A stretch of 64,000 nt of DNA from positions 1,568,001 to 1,632,000 of the forward strand of contig CAXXVZ010000003.1 of assembly GCA_963678065.2 (NCBI GenBank), read 5' to 3'. A program made the translations under genes and the position numbers. Below are positions 38,499 to 48,692 of the stretch, piece by piece (the first letter of the stretch is position 1; every line of letters starts with the position of its first letter). The notes under the pieces are model-generated. The model saw only the letters and a program-made list of their open reading frames with translations, did no database searches and had not been told where the DNA came from. The DNA comes from Treponemataceae bacterium (lineage in GTDB: Bacteria > Spirochaetota > Spirochaetia > Treponematales > Rectinemataceae).

Positions 38499-39347
38499 CT
38501 AGCCTTTCACCGCTCCCGCGGTGAGTGCGCTGATCAAGTGCCTCTGAAAAATCAGGAACAGAATCGCGAGCGGAATGCTCGACATGAGGGAGGCTGCCAT
38601 CATGTCGTTCCATGCGATCCGGTATTGTCCGATCAATTGGCCGATACCGACGGGTACGGTTTTCATGTCCTCTCCCGTCGTCAGGATCATCGCGAACATG
38701 TATTCGTTCCAGCCGGTCAGAAAGGAGTATATGGCTGTCGCAGCTATTCCCGGCCTGGCCAGCGGGGTGACGATACTCCAGAATGTGCGCAGTCGACCGC
38801 AGCCATCTATTGCGGCCGCATCGTCGAGCTCTTTCGGAATGCTGTCGTAATACCCGTACATCATCCAGCTGCAGAAAGGAATAGTGAAGGAAACATACAC
38901 CAGTATCAATCCCGTGTAGGAGTTGGAAAGTCCATAGGTCTTGAGGATTTGATAGAACGGGACCAGGAGCATCACGGATGGGAACATCTGTGTCACGAGC
39001 AGGAATGTCAGAAAAGTCTTCCTTCCTGAAAACCTGAATCGAGAAACTCCGTAGCCGGTGAGCGAAGCGAAGAACAGGGAGATGAGCGTGGACACAATCA
39101 CGACTGTAAAGCTGTTGGCGAAATATCTGGGGAAAGGATAGTCGGTCCAGATTCGTTTGAACGCGTTGAAACTCATCGATTCCGAGATCCAGCGTATCGG
39201 CAGGCGCATGACATCCTGGTCCGACTTCAGGGCGGTGGACAGCATCCAGAGCGTCGGGATGACCACGGCGGCGGAGGCGGCCGAGAGAAGGATGTAGGCA
39301 ACGGCTTTCTTGTATGTCGACACCCTTGTCTGTTTATTTTTGATCAT
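38499..39347 (-). CDS. Sugar ABC transporter permease
   Basis: ELDDAAAIDG, WNEYMFA, LTAGAVKG. Confidence 0.92.
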   Translation of the reverse strand: MIKNKQTRVSTYKKAVAYILLSAASAAVVIPTLWMLSTALKSDQDVMRLPIRWISESMSFNAFKRIWTDYPFPRYFANSFTVVIVSTLISLFFASLTGYGVSRFRFSGRKTFLTFLLVTQMFPSVMLLVPFYQILKTYGLSNSYTGLILVYVSFTIPFCSWMMYGYYDSIPKELDDAAAIDGCGRLRTFWSIVTPLARPGIAATAIYSFLTGWNEYMFAMILTTGEDMKTVPVGIGQLIGQYRIAWNDMMAASLMSSIPLAILFLIFQRHLISALTAGAVKG

Positions 39348-40212
39348 TGGGGATCACCTTCCGATACACAAAACTGATTGTCAGACAGATGAAGAGTACG
39401 TAGACGGCCATCGCGGAGGCCCGCCCATAGTCGAAGGCTTCGAAGGCGTGTTTGAAAATTTCGATGCTGACCACCTTCGTCGCGTTGACGGGTCCGCCCT
39501 CCGTGAGGAGCCAGATCATGGTGAAGTGCTTGAAGTACCACAGAGTGTCCAGAATGAGGGAAACCGAAAGCACGGAAGAGAGTCCCGGAAGCGTTACGTG
39601 GAAGAATGAATCGACGGAGCTGCATCCGTCGATCGAAGCTGCGTCATAGAGGTCCTTAGGAATGGACTGCAGTCCCGCCAGAATCATGACCATCATGAAG
39701 GGGTAGCCCTTCCAGATGGCCGCGGCGGCTGTCGAGAGCATGGCCGTGGTTCCGTTCCCGAGCATGGAGAAATTTGCCGGGATGAGGCCCGCCGCGGACC
39801 CCCACTGTGTCAGGATCCCGTACATGGGGTGGAGCATCCAGCGCCAGAGCAGTGCGACCACCACTTCGGGGAAGAGCCAGGGAATAATGAGTATCGACCG
39901 GAAAAACGTTCGACCCTTGATCTCCATATTCAGGAGAAGAGCGAGAAAGAACCCGATGAGAACGTGTCCCGAGACCGTCAGAGCAGTGAATACGAGCGTA
40001 GTCAGTATTCTCCAATGGAAGCCCTTGTTCGGAAAAACATCGAAATAGTAGCGGAGCCCTACGAATTTCCAGCGGTTCATCAGGTTCGTGTTGAAAAAGC
40101 TGATGAACACACCGTAAATCAGGGGCCAGACAACCAACAGCACAAGGATGATGACTGTCGGAATGACAAAAGCGCTTCCCGAGAAGGAAACTCTGAGACG
40201 CCTCTCTCTCAT
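39334..40212 (-). CDS. Sugar ABC transporter permease
   Basis: WKGYPF, AGLQSIPKDLYDAASIDG, TEGGP. Confidence 0.92.
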   Translation of the reverse strand: MRERRLRVSFSGSAFVIPTVIILVLLVVWPLIYGVFISFFNTNLMNRWKFVGLRYYFDVFPNKGFHWRILTTLVFTALTVSGHVLIGFFLALLLNMEIKGRTFFRSILIIPWLFPEVVVALLWRWMLHPMYGILTQWGSAAGLIPANFSMLGNGTTAMLSTAAAAIWKGYPFMMVMILAGLQSIPKDLYDAASIDGCSSVDSFFHVTLPGLSSVLSVSLILDTLWYFKHFTMIWLLTEGGPVNATKVVSIEIFKHAFEAFDYGRASAMAVYVLFICLTISFVYRKVIPNDQK

Positions 40213-40261
40213 GTTCGATCCTCATAGTGGCGGCCGGGAATACCCAGCCGCCACACGTACC

Positions 40262-41524
40262 TTATTCGTTCTCTTTGATGATGCTGCGCAGTTGAGCGCC
40301 AAGGTCTTTGACGGCTTTTTCGACGGGAGCGTTCTGTAAAATGATGTTCTGATACGTGGTCGCTATCGGATCTCCCAGCTTCGGCCAGAATGCTGCGGGG
40401 GCAGCCTGGACGATGTAGGGAATGGCATCGATGAAGCCCTTGAAGCTTTCATTCTTCGCAACCTCACTGGAACCGCCAGTCTCCTTCCTCGTCGGTATGC
40501 GCCCGGTTATCGACATGAACTCCAGGGCGTTCTCTTTCTCGAGAATGAACTTGAGATATTGAACCGCTGCGTCTTTGTTTTTGCTCTTGGAGTTTATCGA
40601 AAAACCGTACAGCCCGGAAGTGGAGACAATGCGGTCTCCCTTGGGAAGCGGGGCTCCGGCGAGTTTGCCCTTGAGTGAAGGATTCTGCGCGAGCACCGCG
40701 CCGATCGTGTGCGGACCGGAGATCATCATGAATGCCTTGCCGTTCGCCATGTGGGCGACGCATTCGGCGTAGGCATCCTGGGAATGGGAAGGGGGAGCGT
40801 ATTTTGCCAGCTCTTTCATCACGGTGAAGGCCTTCACGCCGCCGGCCGTATCCACGAGAGTCTCGAATTTGCCTTTGACAAGACGGAGTTCGTCCGCGTT
40901 GTATGAGCGGAGGATGTTGTAGAAACGCTCGTAGGCGGAACCGCCTTTGCTTGTCATGAGTGCGACGCCGTAGGAGCCGCCCTTCGTGAGCTTCCTGGCG
41001 GTTTCGATCATCTCGTCCCAGGTCTTGGGCACAGACAGGCCCTCGGCGTCGAAAACATCTTTCCTGTACAGGAGGCCGGTGGGAATCGTGAAGTAGGGAG
41101 CAAGCTGCAGCTTTCCGTCGATCATCGCCTCTTTGAGCAGCGATTCGTAGAAACCACTCACATAATCCTTACCTAAGAGAGGAATGAGGTCGGCTGTTAT
41201 CCCCATCTCATAATTCGCGGTAAGGACCTGCGGGACGTTGGTGAAAATGTCGGGGAGGTCTCCGGCAGTGGCCATGACCACGGTCTTGGCGGCCGAGTCC
41301 TTCATCGGGACGTCGATGTACTTGAGTTTGATGTTAGGATACTTCGCCATGAAAGCCGCGTCGATCTGTTTCATCACCTCGCCTTCGGGCTTCTCGAGGT
41401 TCAATGTCGTCAAAATCTGCAAGGTGACTTGTCCCTGCGCCTGGACTCCCGCAGCTCCGAAACCTGGCGCGACAAGCGCGACAGCTGCTGCCATCGCGAC
41501 GAAAAACAATGCCCTGAATTTCAT
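40262..41524 (-). CDS. Sugar ABC transporter substrate-binding protein
   Basis: Signal peptide; AGDLPDI, LYRKD.F...G...PKTWDE; SD AGGAGG. Confidence 0.9.
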   Translation of the reverse strand: MKFRALFFVAMAAAVALVAPGFGAAGVQAQGQVTLQILTTLNLEKPEGEVMKQIDAAFMAKYPNIKLKYIDVPMKDSAAKTVVMATAGDLPDIFTNVPQVLTANYEMGITADLIPLLGKDYVSGFYESLLKEAMIDGKLQLAPYFTIPTGLLYRKDVFDAEGLSVPKTWDEMIETARKLTKGGSYGVALMTSKGGSAYERFYNILRSYNADELRLVKGKFETLVDTAGGVKAFTVMKELAKYAPPSHSQDAYAECVAHMANGKAFMMISGPHTIGAVLAQNPSLKGKLAGAPLPKGDRIVSTSGLYGFSINSKSKNKDAAVQYLKFILEKENALEFMSITGRIPTRKETGGSSEVAKNESFKGFIDAIPYIVQAAPAAFWPKLGDPIATTYQNIILQNAPVEKAVKDLGAQLRSIIKENE

Positions 41525-41610
41525 CGTTTCCTCCTGGTATTTTTCTAAGGGCCATGCCCTTGGATCCACTGTCCCGCCCCTCCCGAAGGGGCTGTGCTGT
41601 CCGATACCTT

Positions 41611-42705
41611 CTATCGGTTGATGCGGCCCGAGGTTTTCCCTCCCATGAGCGCGAGCACCTCGGCGCGTGTCGAAAAATTGAAATCGCCCTGGATCGAGTG
41701 GCAGAGGCAGGATGCCGCTGTCGCGAATGCGACGACGTCGGCATCGGATTCGCGCAGCGTCGGATCCATGAGGGCGTAGACCAGGCCTGCCGAAAAGGAA
41801 TCGCCGCCGCCGATGCGATCCACTATCGATTTTATCGGGTAGGGATGGTACTCACCATCCGCAAGAGGGGCGAAGACCGCGGTCCTGGAGCCTGAGTCGT
41901 AGAGCATGCCCCCCCAATCGTTGTGAGTCGCCGAAAGGCTCTCGCGCAGCGTTATCGCAATTTTCCGGATGGCGGGGAATTGTTCGGAAATTTTTCCGGC
42001 CACCTCGGGATACCGTCGCACATCGATGGTTCCCGCGTCGGCGTCCAGAATTCCGGACTCTATGCCCAAAATGTCGTGGGCATCCTCTTCGTTGGCGATA
42101 AGTATGTCGACATAGGGCAATATTGCTCGCATCACCCTGGCGGCGAGTTTCCGGGCGCTCGTCCCTTCTTCCCAATTCCAGAGTTTTTTGCGGAAATTAA
42201 GGTCGCAGGATACGGTCAAGCCGAGTTCCTTGGCCTTCATGACTGCGGCAAGACTCGCTTCGGCGGCGGAGCGGGACAGGGCCGGCGTGATGCCGCTTAC
42301 ATGGAACCATGAGGCGCCGCTGAATATCGTTTCCCAGTTGTAGCCAGAACTCTCCTGGATCGAGATCGAGGAGTATTCCCTGTCGTAGATGACGTTGCTC
42401 GGCCTCTGGTTCGCTCCGGCCTCGACATAATAGATCCCGAGCCGGCCTTCCCTCGTTCTTATGACCTGCGAGGTGTCCACCCCGAGATTCTTGAGGCTGC
42501 CGAGGCAGGCATCGGCGATCTGGTGTTCCGGCAAGGCGCTCACGAAAGACGCGTTTCCGCCCAGGAGGGCGATGGAAGCCGCCACATTCGCCTCGGCTCC
42601 CGCGAACGTTATCTCCATCTCGCCGGGCAATGCCTGGCGAAAACGAAGGAAGTCTTTCGTTTTCATCCGGGCCATGATTTCTCCGAAGGCTATGACCCTC
42701 TCCAT
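41611..42705 (-). CDS. kdgK: 2-keto-3-deoxy sugar acid kinase (PfkB family)
   Basis: FGEIM, GAEANVA, YDR, SGITPAL, DLNFRKKLW, NEED, VDRIGGGDSF. Confidence 0.9.
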   Translation of the reverse strand: MERVIAFGEIMARMKTKDFLRFRQALPGEMEITFAGAEANVAASIALLGGNASFVSALPEHQIADACLGSLKNLGVDTSQVIRTREGRLGIYYVEAGANQRPSNVIYDREYSSISIQESSGYNWETIFSGASWFHVSGITPALSRSAAEASLAAVMKAKELGLTVSCDLNFRKKLWNWEEGTSARKLAARVMRAILPYVDILIANEEDAHDILGIESGILDADAGTIDVRRYPEVAGKISEQFPAIRKIAITLRESLSATHNDWGGMLYDSGSRTAVFAPLADGEYHPYPIKSIVDRIGGGDSFSAGLVYALMDPTLRESDADVVAFATAASCLCHSIQGDFNFSTRAEVLALMGGKTSGRINR

Positions 42706-42708
42706 GTG

Positions 42709-43362
42709 TTATCCTCTTGCCTGCGCGGCGATCGAGATGGCTTGTTCGCTGTTTCTGCTTATCGTGTCCCAATCCTTTGCGCGGATGAGCTCTCGTGTGG
42801 CGATCCATGACCCCCCTACCGCAATCACTTCAGGACACTCGAGATATGCCCGCAGGTTCTTCGTGCCGATTCCGCCGAGCGGAATGTAGGAGATTCCCAA
42901 ATGCGCGTAGGGCGCGTTGGCGCTCCTCAGGTACGCAAGGCCTCCCGAAGGCTCGGCGGGAAAAAACTTCATGATGCGGCAGCCTTTCATGTACGCGGCC
43001 TCTATGTCCGACGGAGTCGCGATGCCGGGTGCGAAGGGCAGTCCGAGCTCCTTCGCCGCGTCCACGACGCAAGGATTCATCCCCGGGGCGACGCCGAATG
43101 CGGCGCCTCCTTCTTTTGTCATTTTCACCTGGTCCGGCGTCAGGATCGTTCCGACCCCCGCGTACATCCTTGGCACATCCTTTGTTATTCGGTGAAGGGC
43201 GTCGAAGGCCGCAGGTGTCCGCAGCGTGAGTTCCATCGCCTGCACGCCGCCGCGCAACAACGCATGCGCCAAGGGAATGGCGTCTTCGGCGTCATCGATC
43301 ATCAGAACGGCGATGACCGCCGATGCCTTCAGCCGATCGCAGAATATGTCGGAATCAGTCAT
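42709..43362 (-). CDS. eda: KDPG/KHG aldolase
   Basis: ELTLRTP, GTIL, PGIATPSDI, KFFPAE, PLGGI, VGGSW. Confidence 0.93.
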   Translation of the reverse strand: MTDSDIFCDRLKASAVIAVLMIDDAEDAIPLAHALLRGGVQAMELTLRTPAAFDALHRITKDVPRMYAGVGTILTPDQVKMTKEGGAAFGVAPGMNPCVVDAAKELGLPFAPGIATPSDIEAAYMKGCRIMKFFPAEPSGGLAYLRSANAPYAHLGISYIPLGGIGTKNLRAYLECPEVIAVGGSWIATRELIRAKDWDTISRNSEQAISIAAQARG

Positions 43363-43391
43363 GTTCGAATCCTTAGCAAATATCTATATTA

Positions 43392-43442
43392 CGGAACACC
43401 GTTCCGATATTTATCATATTTATGAATATTTGATCCTGTCAA
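43392..43442 (-). promoter_or_regulatory. eda promoter with IclR/KdgR-type operator
   Basis: Minus strand TTGACA-18nt-TATGAT (43442-43413), followed by the inverted repeat CGGAAC-ACC-GTTCCG (43392-43406). Confidence 0.65.
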
Positions 43443-43554
43443 TAGAAAAAAAACATATTTTTCAGAACAACTTTATCAAAATATTCAGAGAAACATTGAA
43501 CAGAATGGAAAATTGCTGGTATACTGTGCCGGACTCAGGTAGAAAGGCGGCCAG

Positions 43555-44334
43555 ATGGCTCAAAATGGTGATACGGTTCAGACCGTTTTAAACGCATTGG
43601 AAATACTTGAATATCTCTCTACGACGAAAGAATGTGGCGTCAGCGACCTGGCGAGAACCCTCGGTTGCCAAAAGAGTACCATCTTCCGGCTTGTGAACAC
43701 GCTGAAGGAAGCTGGCTATATCGCACAGGACGAAGTCAATGAAAAGTATTCACTGACGCTCAAGCTGTTCAAGATTGGTTCGAATGTCGTGAATAACCTC
43801 GACCTGAACAAGGCGGCTTTGCCTGTCATCACGCGCCTGGCACAGATGACTTCAGAGACGGTCCACCTCTGTATTCTCGACAATGATCAGATTGTTTACC
43901 TGCACAAGATCGAATCGACGTATTCGCTGAAAGTCACCATGATGTCGAAGATCGGGCAGGGGACTCCATTTTATTGCACCGGCGTCGGGAAGGTACTCCT
44001 GGCATGGCAGGATACGGAGCGCATTCAACGTTACCTGCGGGGGGCAACCCTGCAAAAGTTCACCGAAAACACCATAACTGACCCGATGGCTCTCGCTTCG
44101 GAGTTGCAGAAAATCCGGATCTCCGGATTTGCGTACGACAACGAAGAGCATGAAATAGGAGTGCGCTGCGCAGCAGCGCCTATCTTCAATCAGCAAGGTA
44201 CTGTCATCGCGGCGCTGAGCGTCTCCGGACCGAATGTCCGATTGAAGGACAAGCAGATGGAGCTGATACGCGAGATGGTGAAGGACAGCGCCTTCGAGAT
44301 ATCCGTGAGGATGGGATACACCAAGGCTCTCTGA
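43555..44334 (+). CDS. IclR family (KdgR-like) transcriptional regulator
   Basis: KSTIFRLVNTL...GYI.QD, ETVHL, CTGVGKVLLA, EEHE.GVRC.AAPI, AALSVSGP. Confidence 0.93.
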   Translation: MAQNGDTVQTVLNALEILEYLSTTKECGVSDLARTLGCQKSTIFRLVNTLKEAGYIAQDEVNEKYSLTLKLFKIGSNVVNNLDLNKAALPVITRLAQMTSETVHLCILDNDQIVYLHKIESTYSLKVTMMSKIGQGTPFYCTGVGKVLLAWQDTERIQRYLRGATLQKFTENTITDPMALASELQKIRISGFAYDNEEHEIGVRCAAAPIFNQQGTVIAALSVSGPNVRLKDKQMELIREMVKDSAFEISVRMGYTKAL

Positions 44335-44529
44335 GAGCGGAAACAGAAAGTCTGAGGGCAGTTCCGTCTGCCGCATCGCGCCGGCATTCTCGATCCATAG
44401 AGGCAATACCTCCAGCCGCATGAGCGCAGGTTCAGTCTCTCGTCTCATCCTTCCCACGCTCGCTCTTTCGTTGCACATTTTTACAAAATATGTTATTCTG
44501 TAAAAATAACCGGACAGCGAGGAGTCGAC

Positions 44530-46458
44530 ATGGCCAACACCATCCCCCAGATGTTCCTTGAAACGGTGCGCGAAAAACCCGGCGTATCGGTGCAGCACTC
44601 GAAAAACGCCTCGGGGGTCTTCGTCCCGGCGAGCTACGCGGATTTGCTGGAGCGGACCTCAACCTTCGCCGCAGGCCTCCTCGCGCTGGGCGTCAAACGG
44701 GGCGACAAGGTCGGCCTCATCTCCGACAACCGCGCCGAATGGCTCGTCGCCGATCTCGCCATCCTGGGCCTCGGGGGAGCGGACGTGCCCCGCGGCTGCG
44801 ACGCCATGCCGCAGGAAATCCGCTACATCCTGAATTGGAGCGGCTGCGGCCTCGCCATCCTGGAAAACGACAAGCAACTGCGCAAAGTTGTTGACAATAT
44901 GGCCGGCATTCCCTCGCTGGCAAAGGTCATCATGTTCGACCCCGCGGCGGATGAGACAGCCCGCGCCGCCCGCGCGGCGGGACTCGAGCTCTTCGACTTT
45001 CAGACTGTGTTCGAGAAAGGAAAGGCGCGGAGGGTGGAAAAACCCTCGGAATACATCGACGAGGTCGCCAAAGGCGGACGCTCCGATCTCGCCACGCTCA
45101 TCTACACCTCGGGCACGACAGGAGATCCCAAGGGCGTCATGCTGAGCCATGGCAACTTCCTCCATCAGACCGATTACCTGCCCGGCGTCATCGGCGTCGG
45201 AACGGGCGATATTTTCCTCTCCGTCCTTCCCGTCTGGCACTCTTTCGAACGCGTCGTCCAGTACATCATCCTGAAGGCGGGGGCCGGCATCGCCTACTCC
45301 AAACCCATAGGCTCCATCATGCTCGCCGACATGGCCGCGATCAGACCCCAGTGGTTCACTTCCGTCCCGCGTATCTGGGAATCCATAAAAGACGGCGTCT
45401 ACCGCAGCATGAAGCAGGGCAGCAAGGTCAAACAGATCCTCTTCCGCTTCTTCATCGGCGTCGGCGAGAGCTACGCCTACTTCCGCAATCACCTCACGCG
45501 CTGCATGCCCGAGTTCGTCCCCCGATCGCGCGTCCTCGAAATCGCGAGTTCGATCATTCCATTCATCCTCCTCACCCCTCTCTGGCATCTCGGCGATCTC
45601 CTTGTCTACAAAAAAATCAAGGCCAAGCTCGGCGGCAAATTCATCGCGGGGGTTTCCGGCGGCGGCGCCCTGCCGGGCAATGTCGACAGGTTCTTCGGGG
45701 CTCTCGGCGTCCTCATCCTGGAAGGCTACGGCCTCACGGAGACGGCCCCGGTGCTCGGCCTCAGACTCAAGAGCCACCCCGTCGTCAGCACGGTCGGCCC
45801 CATCCACCGAGGCACGGAGATAAAGATCGTGGGGGAAAAAGGCGAGCTTCTCGGCCCGGGACAGAAGGGCGTCATCCATGTCCGCGGCCCCCAGGTCATG
45901 GCGGGGTATTACCGCAAGCCCGAAATGACCGCAAAAGTGCTCTCGCCAGATGGCTGGCTCGACACAGGCGATCTCGGCATGCTCACTTACAGAGGCGAGA
46001 TCAAGATCACGGGACGCGCCAAGGACACCATCGTCCTGCGCGGCGGCGAGAACATCGAACCCGTCCCCATCGAACAGAAACTCTGCGAGAGTGTCTATAT
46101 GCAGCAGGCTGTCGTTCTCGGGCAGGACGAGAAATACCTCGCCGCCCTCATCGTGCCGAGCCAGGAGAACATCCTCGCCTGGGCCAAGGACAACACTATC
46201 CCCGTAGACGACTACGAGACCCTCCTCAAGCAGCCGGAGATCAAGGAGCTGATAGACGCCGAAATCAACGAGTATGTCAGCGCGAAACAGGGCTTCAAGA
46301 GTTTCGAGCGCATATTCAAATTCGCCCTCCTTCCCGTTCCCTTCGAGCCCGGCAAGGAACTCTCGGCCAAGCAAGAGATCAAGCGCCACGCCGTGAACGA
46401 AATTTACAAAAGGCAGATCCACATGCTTTTCAAGGCGGAGAGAGAACTGCGCCTCTAG
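44530..46458 (+). CDS. fadD: Long-chain fatty acid-CoA ligase
   Basis: IYTSGTTGDPKGV, EGYGLTET, GWLDTGDLG, GRAKD.IVL.GGENIEP. Promoter-like TTGCAC-17-TATTCT at 44472-44500. Confidence 0.92.
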   Translation: MANTIPQMFLETVREKPGVSVQHSKNASGVFVPASYADLLERTSTFAAGLLALGVKRGDKVGLISDNRAEWLVADLAILGLGGADVPRGCDAMPQEIRYILNWSGCGLAILENDKQLRKVVDNMAGIPSLAKVIMFDPAADETARAARAAGLELFDFQTVFEKGKARRVEKPSEYIDEVAKGGRSDLATLIYTSGTTGDPKGVMLSHGNFLHQTDYLPGVIGVGTGDIFLSVLPVWHSFERVVQYIILKAGAGIAYSKPIGSIMLADMAAIRPQWFTSVPRIWESIKDGVYRSMKQGSKVKQILFRFFIGVGESYAYFRNHLTRCMPEFVPRSRVLEIASSIIPFILLTPLWHLGDLLVYKKIKAKLGGKFIAGVSGGGALPGNVDRFFGALGVLILEGYGLTETAPVLGLRLKSHPVVSTVGPIHRGTEIKIVGEKGELLGPGQKGVIHVRGPQVMAGYYRKPEMTAKVLSPDGWLDTGDLGMLTYRGEIKITGRAKDTIVLRGGENIEPVPIEQKLCESVYMQQAVVLGQDEKYLAALIVPSQENILAWAKDNTIPVDDYETLLKQPEIKELIDAEINEYVSAKQGFKSFERIFKFALLPVPFEPGKELSAKQEIKRHAVNEIYKRQIHMLFKAERELRL

Positions 46459-46472
46459 GTCCCAAAAATGCG

Positions 46473-46505
46473 AAAGCCGCCCCGATCTGCCGGGGCGGCT
46501 TTTTT
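46473..46505 (+). terminator. Intrinsic terminator after fadD
   Basis: AAAGCCGCCCCG-ATCTGC-CGGGGCGGCTTT followed by a T-run. Confidence 0.85.
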
Positions 46506-46566
46506 GTCTTTCTGATGTGGCCTGGAACCGGGGCAGCGCCAGGGTTCGACGAGCCGAAGAGAAGAA

Positions 46567-47445
46567 TCAGCGGTTTATTTCGATATCACCCGAGACACTC
46601 TTCGCGTGCAGGCGCCGCCCGCCCTTTCCGCAGTGCAGGGCGCAGCGGCGCGGACCGGCGTTGGTGGAGATGGCGCAGCCCGGAGCGTTGATGGTTCCGG
46701 CGAGGGTCTCGCAGCGGAGTTCGATTTCGGCTTCGGAGAGCGTCAGGCTTATGTCTCCCTCTCCGGTGTTTACCTCGCCGCCGGCGAAGGCGCCGGAAAT
46801 GTCCAGCTCGACATCTCCCGTCTTGGAGAAGAGGCGAAGGCGCCCTGAAGGTTGCTGGACGCCGATGTCTCCGGAATCGCTGATGATGACGACGTTGCCG
46901 CCGGCCCTGTCGATCGAGACATCCCCCGACTGGGTCTCGATGGAGATGGTGCCGCGCACGGACTCGCAGCGTATCTCGCCGTCGAGGCTGCGGAGGGTCG
47001 CGGATTCGACGCGCTCCACATGGAGGAGCCCGGAGACAGACGAGGCCTCGACATCCAAAGAGCCGTCGATGTGGACATCCCCCGAGTCGGTCGTGGCGAG
47101 AAGGTCGAGTCTGCAGTCCCGCACATCGATCGCGCCATCGGAGGTGTGGATCTCGAGGTCGTGGAAGCCTTGGGGCACTCCGATCCGGATCTCGGCGATC
47201 ATGACCTTGTCCAGACCCTCATCGGCCAGAACGAGGAGTCCCTCCCGGCGGCGCACAACGGGTTTCCAGAACGCGAGATCGGCGGCCGAGCCGCGCGTAT
47301 CCACCTCGATCCTGAGATTGGGGCCGGGAATGGATGAAACCAGTATCTCGCTGGAAGGAAAGCGGAGAACCAGCCGTTCCGCGCCTCCCGGATCGAGCAC
47401 GTCCTGGTAGTAACCTGGCTCGATGTCCATCACCTCACTCCGCAT
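46567..47445 (-). CDS. DUF4097-type beta-strand repeat protein
   Basis: Repeated (T/S)xSGD(V/I) units ending in KSVSGDIEI. Confidence 0.8.
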   Translation of the reverse strand: MRSEVMDIEPGYYQDVLDPGGAERLVLRFPSSEILVSSIPGPNLRIEVDTRGSAADLAFWKPVVRRREGLLVLADEGLDKVMIAEIRIGVPQGFHDLEIHTSDGAIDVRDCRLDLLATTDSGDVHIDGSLDVEASSVSGLLHVERVESATLRSLDGEIRCESVRGTISIETQSGDVSIDRAGGNVVIISDSGDIGVQQPSGRLRLFSKTGDVELDISGAFAGGEVNTGEGDISLTLSEAEIELRCETLAGTINAPGCAISTNAGPRRCALHCGKGGRRLHAKSVSGDIEINR

Positions 47446-47561
47446 GAACTCCCCCCGGATACCTTGTAATTATTTTTCATGTTTCATTATATCAAACAAG
47501 CCCGATCTTGACGAGTCCCATAATGTTCCATTGTGGCCTTGAGTCCGCGCGGCTTGTGGTC

Positions 47562-47590
47562 TTGACGGAGTCGCAATCGCACATTATACT
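47562..47590 (+). promoter_or_regulatory. Putative sigma70 promoter of the ABC/Lol-like operon
   Basis: TTGACG-17nt-TATACT. Confidence 0.65.
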
Positions 47591-47627
47591 AAACTTGTTT
47601 ATGATATAAATCGATTTGGAGGACATC

Positions 47628-48308
47628 ATGACCGATACCGAACTCGACGAATTATCGAAAAGCGTCGAATCCCTGCGAAGGGCGATACGGAAAAACAACC
47701 CCTTTTTGCGGAGCGTCGCCTCATCGAAACTTTACGCCGCGCTGTGCTTCCCCTTCGGGATAATCGTGATCGGCTTCTGCGTCATCGCGCACGATGCTTC
47801 CATCCGTTATGGATCCTTTGACGCGGCCCCCGCGTTCTTGAGGACGACCGCCTGGATACTCCTCGCTGTCTTCCTCATCGCCGGAGCCTGGGTCAAGGTC
47901 ATCTTCACCAACCGCGCCGCGAAATGCATCGATTCAAAATCCGGCTTCATGTCCGTAGTCAAGGCCATGTTCGGAGGAAAGGTATCGGGGCTCGTCATCG
48001 CTTCGCTCATCTCCATTGCGGGGACTGTCGCCTTCGCGGTCGCGGTCGGCAAACCCTGGTATATCGTTCCGGCGGGCTCCATACTGCTCTCGTTCGCCTA
48101 CCTCGGGCTCGATCTCGTCATCGACCTCGCGGAATACCGGATCTCGGGCTGGTACTCGCTCGTCGCAGGATTCGTCTCCCTCTTTTTCATCGAAACCGCG
48201 CCCTTTCTCTGCACGGCAGCCGTCTACGGCGGGATGCTCCTGGTCTTCGGAATCGCGGGGCTCGTCAGGCCCGGGGTCGCGAAACCGAAGGAGCGCGCAA
48301 AACAATGA
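47628..48308 (+). CDS. Multi-pass membrane protein, hypothetical
   Basis: About 6 hydrophobic segments; SD GGAGG; coupled to the following wHTH gene. Confidence 0.75.
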   Translation: MTDTELDELSKSVESLRRAIRKNNPFLRSVASSKLYAALCFPFGIIVIGFCVIAHDASIRYGSFDAAPAFLRTTAWILLAVFLIAGAWVKVIFTNRAAKCIDSKSGFMSVVKAMFGGKVSGLVIASLISIAGTVAFAVAVGKPWYIVPAGSILLSFAYLGLDLVIDLAEYRISGWYSLVAGFVSLFFIETAPFLCTAAVYGGMLLVFGIAGLVRPGVAKPKERAKQ

Positions 48309-48631
48309 AGGCTAAACCCGCGCCGGCCGAACTCAACCTCGACCGGGTCATCCACGAGAGGGCGAGGCTCATGATCCTCACCCACCTCGCCTCCTCGGAG
48401 GAGAACGAAGTCGGCTTCACCGAGTTGCGCGACAGTCTCGGCTTCACGCCGGGCAATCTCTCCGTCCAGCTGAGGACGCTGGAAGAGGCCGGATACATCG
48501 CGACCGCAAAACGCTTCGTCGACCGCAAACCCTTCACGGGAGTCTCCCTGACGGTGGCGGGCGTGGAAGCTCTCGAAACATATCTGGGCGAACTCGAGTC
48601 GCTCATTGCGACGCTCAGGAAAAAAACCTGA
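48305..48631 (+). CDS. Winged-helix transcriptional regulator (ArsR/MarR-like)
   Basis: LDRVIHERARLMI...FTELRD.L..T.GNLS.QL..LEEAGYI...K.F..RKP.T. Confidence 0.88.
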   Translation: MKAKPAPAELNLDRVIHERARLMILTHLASSEENEVGFTELRDSLGFTPGNLSVQLRTLEEAGYIATAKRFVDRKPFTGVSLTVAGVEALETYLGELESLIATLRKKT

Positions 48632-48692
48632 GCCGGCGCGCGTCGGCTTGAGGGCGGGATTCGGTCCGCACAGGCCAGACTTGGGAGGTAAC

